This document shows, one piece after another, positions 17,692 to 20,000 of a stretch of 20,000 bases of DNA. Source of the DNA: an uncultured virus (IMG/VR IMGVR_UViG_3300008120_000036) (lineage: Duplodnaviria > Heunggongvirae > Uroviricota > Caudoviricetes); the IMG/VR virus record IMGVR_UViG_3300008120_000036. One strand, written 5' to 3'. Numbering within the stretch: the first letter of the stretch is position 1; each line of letters starts with the position of its first letter. A program made the translations under genes and the position numbers. A model generated the notes under the pieces. It saw only the letters and a list, made by a program, of their open reading frames with translations, searched no databases and was not told the origin of the DNA.

Positions 17692-18717
17692 TTATTTCTC
17701 TTCTTCGTAGAACCAGTCAACGCCTTGCTCACCAAGTTCGGAAAGGTCTGCATCTGCATCAACCTCTACGACTTCGTATTCGTCATCAACTGATGATTTT
17801 GATTTCTTTGTAGATGCCTTCTTAGGCTTGTTAACCAACTCTGTTTCAATGTTGACTAACCATGTATCGCAAACAACCTTAACTGCACCGCGTTCACGGC
17901 GAGCATTGAAGTGATTGACAAAAGACATAATTGCTGAATTGATACCAAGTTCTTTGGTAATCTCTTCAAACTCCATCAACATATTTGTACTAAGTGGAGT
18001 CTTGATTGTGCCTTTACCAATTTCTTCACGAATCTGACCTGCCATATCAAGCAACGACTTAGAAGTAATAAGTTGTGCCTCAATAACTGGGTCATAGTCA
18101 TACTGCAATTGAACAGCGAAGCGATTACGCAGTGCTTTGTTGAGGTCACGCGTTCCTTCATAGTTAGGATTTTGTGTAGCGATAACAATGAAGTTATCGG
18201 GTGCAATGATGACCTCTGATTTGTGGTCGGTCAATGTAATAGAACGGCGTTTATCTAAGATTTCGTGAATCTCAAATAACTGGCGTTCAGATGCTGAATT
18301 TAATTCGTCAAGGATAACTAAGCCTCCATGACGGACAACATCAGTAAGAGCACCATCTTGCCAAGCAAAGTGACCATCCTCAGTAGGAATCATCTTGCCA
18401 AACAATGTGGACTTTTCAGTACCGACTGAAAATGAAATAACAATGGCTGGAATACCTCTTGATTCTGCCCAAGCCAATGCACCAGTTGTTTTACCACAAC
18501 CAGTAGGAGATTCAATTAGAACATTACGCTTGTTACGCAATGCGTAATCAAACCACTCAAAGTCTAACTTCTCGCCGACTTTGCGATTGATGTACTTGTC
18601 TTCATAGCCACTAGGTACACTGGCTATCTCATTCTTATAGGTTGATTTACCCACTTTGTTTTTCCCTTCAGTAGTTGTTGACTTACTGCGCTTTACTTTG
18701 TACTGGACTTTACTCAC
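17692..18717 (-). CDS. MoxR/CbbQ-like AAA+ ATPase
   Basis: SPTGCGKT, WQDGAL, ILDELN, IATQNP, ALRNRF; GTG 18717 follows AAGGAGG. Confidence 0.9.
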   Translation of the reverse strand: MSKVQYKVKRSKSTTTEGKNKVGKSTYKNEIASVPSGYEDKYINRKVGEKLDFEWFDYALRNKRNVLIESPTGCGKTTGALAWAESRGIPAIVISFSVGTEKSTLFGKMIPTEDGHFAWQDGALTDVVRHGGLVILDELNSASERQLFEIHEILDKRRSITLTDHKSEVIIAPDNFIVIATQNPNYEGTRDLNKALRNRFAVQLQYDYDPVIEAQLITSKSLLDMAGQIREEIGKGTIKTPLSTNMLMEFEEITKELGINSAIMSFVNHFNARRERGAVKVVCDTWLVNIETELVNKPKKASTKKSKSSVDDEYEVVEVDADADLSELGEQGVDWFYEEEK

Positions 18718-19031
18718 TTGTTTACCTCCTTGGTAGTGATGCATTCAAACTGGATTGAAACTTCACCAGTCTTTTCATTTATTAATTCCATGCCACCGTT
18801 GAATACTTCAATGGCACGATATGCTCTATCAATTTCATTCTGCTTCTTGGCAGCATGAAGATTGTCTATTAGAACATTTGCTTGCTCATGTGTTACACAA
18901 ACTGGTTGATAGTTAGGTGTATTAGGAAAGAGCCAACTTAGTAACACGATTATTAAGATTGCAGGAAAGAATGTAAATACAAACTTACCTCTTGGGGTTA
19001 ACACTGACCAAAAGTTTTCTAAGCGATTCAC
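18714..19031 (-). CDS. Hypothetical membrane protein
   Basis: LTPRG followed by a hydrophobic helix; coupled to both neighbours. Confidence 0.75.
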   Translation of the reverse strand: MNRLENFWSVLTPRGKFVFTFFPAILIIVLLSWLFPNTPNYQPVCVTHEQANVLIDNLHAAKKQNEIDRAYRAIEVFNGGMELINEKTGEVSIQFECITTKEVNK

Positions 19032-19171
19032 TTATTGCTCCCTTCTAGTAGTTTCCAATCAGATACGAATTCAGCATTATCAAGAAAATCTCTTGTTTGC
19101 TTGATTGCATCTTCGTATGATTCAGCCTCTCCAGTGAATGTGACTTCAACTGTTATGTCGTATTGCGCCAT
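19028..19171 (-). CDS. Small hypothetical protein (47 aa, not in ORF track)
   Basis: AAGGAGG RBS; MAQYDITVEVTFTGEAESYEDAIKQ...; TGA overlaps the next GTG. Confidence 0.7.
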   Translation of the reverse strand: MAQYDITVEVTFTGEAESYEDAIKQTRDFLDNAEFVSDWKLLEGSNK

Positions 19172-19200
19172 GATTACCTCCTTGGTAATTGGTGTTTGGT

Positions 19201-19257
19201 CTAAACACCATAGAAGGACATAGACCTCATAAATCTATGTCCAACTAAAGAATTTAG
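19201..19257 (-). promoter_or_regulatory. Long imperfect hairpin in the leader (possible processing or stability element)
   Basis: GGACAUAGAUUU-AUG-AGGUCUAUGUCC (19216-19242), extendable by CUAAAU/GUUUAG. Confidence 0.55.
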
Positions 19258-19299
19258 AATTCTTGCTAGGTACATTCTCCGCAATGCTTGTCAACTTAG

Positions 19300-19957
19300 T
19301 ATTTGGTTATCTGTGAGTTCTACTAACTAATCCATATCTATTAGGTGACTACACTCGCTTCGTCTGCTACCTACAGTTTGTGTTATACGCTCCGCTTAGA
19401 ACATTTCGTTACAACCTTGGCAGAATTATCGGCTCGCACCGACCAAGTGATTGTTGGTTTGTATAGACTCGCTGTAAGCAACTGCTTGTGCTAGATATGC
19501 TTTCCTCACCCTTAGCAAACTTTGGGTTGGTAGTTCATTGAGTACTTGGTTTTGTGCCGACTGAATCGGTCTTGCTGTAACTCCACACCAAGTCGCATGG
19601 ACTGTTACAGGCTCAACAGTTGGGGTACTTGACTACGCTCTCGGTCTTTCCCTCAGCCCCAGTTCCCAAATGTCACTCCGTCTGTCACTACGGTTTGGTT
19701 ATCGCACCCTAATCGGTTATGGTCGTTTTTCGCTCCTAGATGCCTGTTGTGTAGAAGGCTATCGGTCTGAATCACACTCGCAAGTGAATCCGCATTCACA
19801 AGTAACAAACTTGATGTAGTCGGATTGTTCTGACTCTTAGGCAGTAACCGCGTTGGGCTGTTGAACTGCTGTTCTTTCACTCTATGTAGTTGTCAATGTC
19901 TTGCCTCGTATGCGACCCTAGCCTTTGCTCCCCTGTCGGGGGGGGCTAACCGTGCAT
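19300..19957 (-). ncRNA. Candidate large structured non-coding RNA (boundaries approximate)
   Basis: Downstream of a good promoter; many nested and long-range helices with G-U pairs favouring the minus strand; no credible ORF. Confidence 0.6.
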
Positions 19958-19963
19958 GGGTCA

Positions 19964-19992
19964 ATTATGCCTTATATATACATATGGTGCAA
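19964..19992 (-). promoter_or_regulatory. Housekeeping-sigma promoter TTGCAC-N17-CATAAT
   Basis: -35 at 19987-19992, -10 at 19964-19969, 17-bp spacer. Confidence 0.7.
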
Positions 19993-20000
19993 GCATCTTC

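Noticed and set aside
708..19223. All plus-strand ORFs and short alternative-frame minus-strand ORFs nested in larger genes
   Set aside because: They are shadows of well-supported minus-strand genes, with no recognisable motifs
19265..19296. Internal promoter at TTGACA near 19290
   Set aside because: No acceptable -10 (TANNNT) at 16-18 bp spacing
19653..19880. 75-aa minus-strand ORF
   Set aside because: No convincing RBS, unlike real genes here; lies within the base-paired region
19300..19900. RNase P, tmRNA or group I/II intron identity for the large RNA
   Set aside because: Only partial look-alikes (GAGGAAAG); hallmark motifs not found by eye; needs a covariance-model search

Overview
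A 20-kb piece of a tailed-phage genome. All credible genes are on the minus strand, tightly packed and often translationally coupled. An actinobacterial host is inferred from gene content and the strong AGGAGG ribosome-binding sites. In transcription order (right to left): a TTGCAC-N17-CATAAT promoter; about 700 nt of ORF-poor, highly self-complementary sequence (candidate large structured ncRNA); a MoxR-type AAA ATPase and HExxH/VWA pair; many small genes (MerR-like HTH, pyrimidine-dimer glycosylase-like protein, sigma region-4 protein, basic peptide, NADAR, secreted lysozyme-like protein); a terminator; a second TTGCAC promoter with direct repeats; a probable ssDNA-binding protein; a second structured non-coding region that ends in a hairpin displaying an anti-Shine-Dalgarno loop; a Pro/Thr-repeat secreted protein spanning an N gap; and a replication/recombination module (DnaE, orphan DNA methyltransferase, RecA, putative resolvase, Cas4-like nuclease). 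The most interesting signals are at the RNA level. The anti-SD loop is exactly complementary to an 11-nt RBS hairpin motif in front of three phage genes, and there are two multi-helix ncRNA candidates. All assignments come from motif recognition by eye; no searches or folding programs were run.
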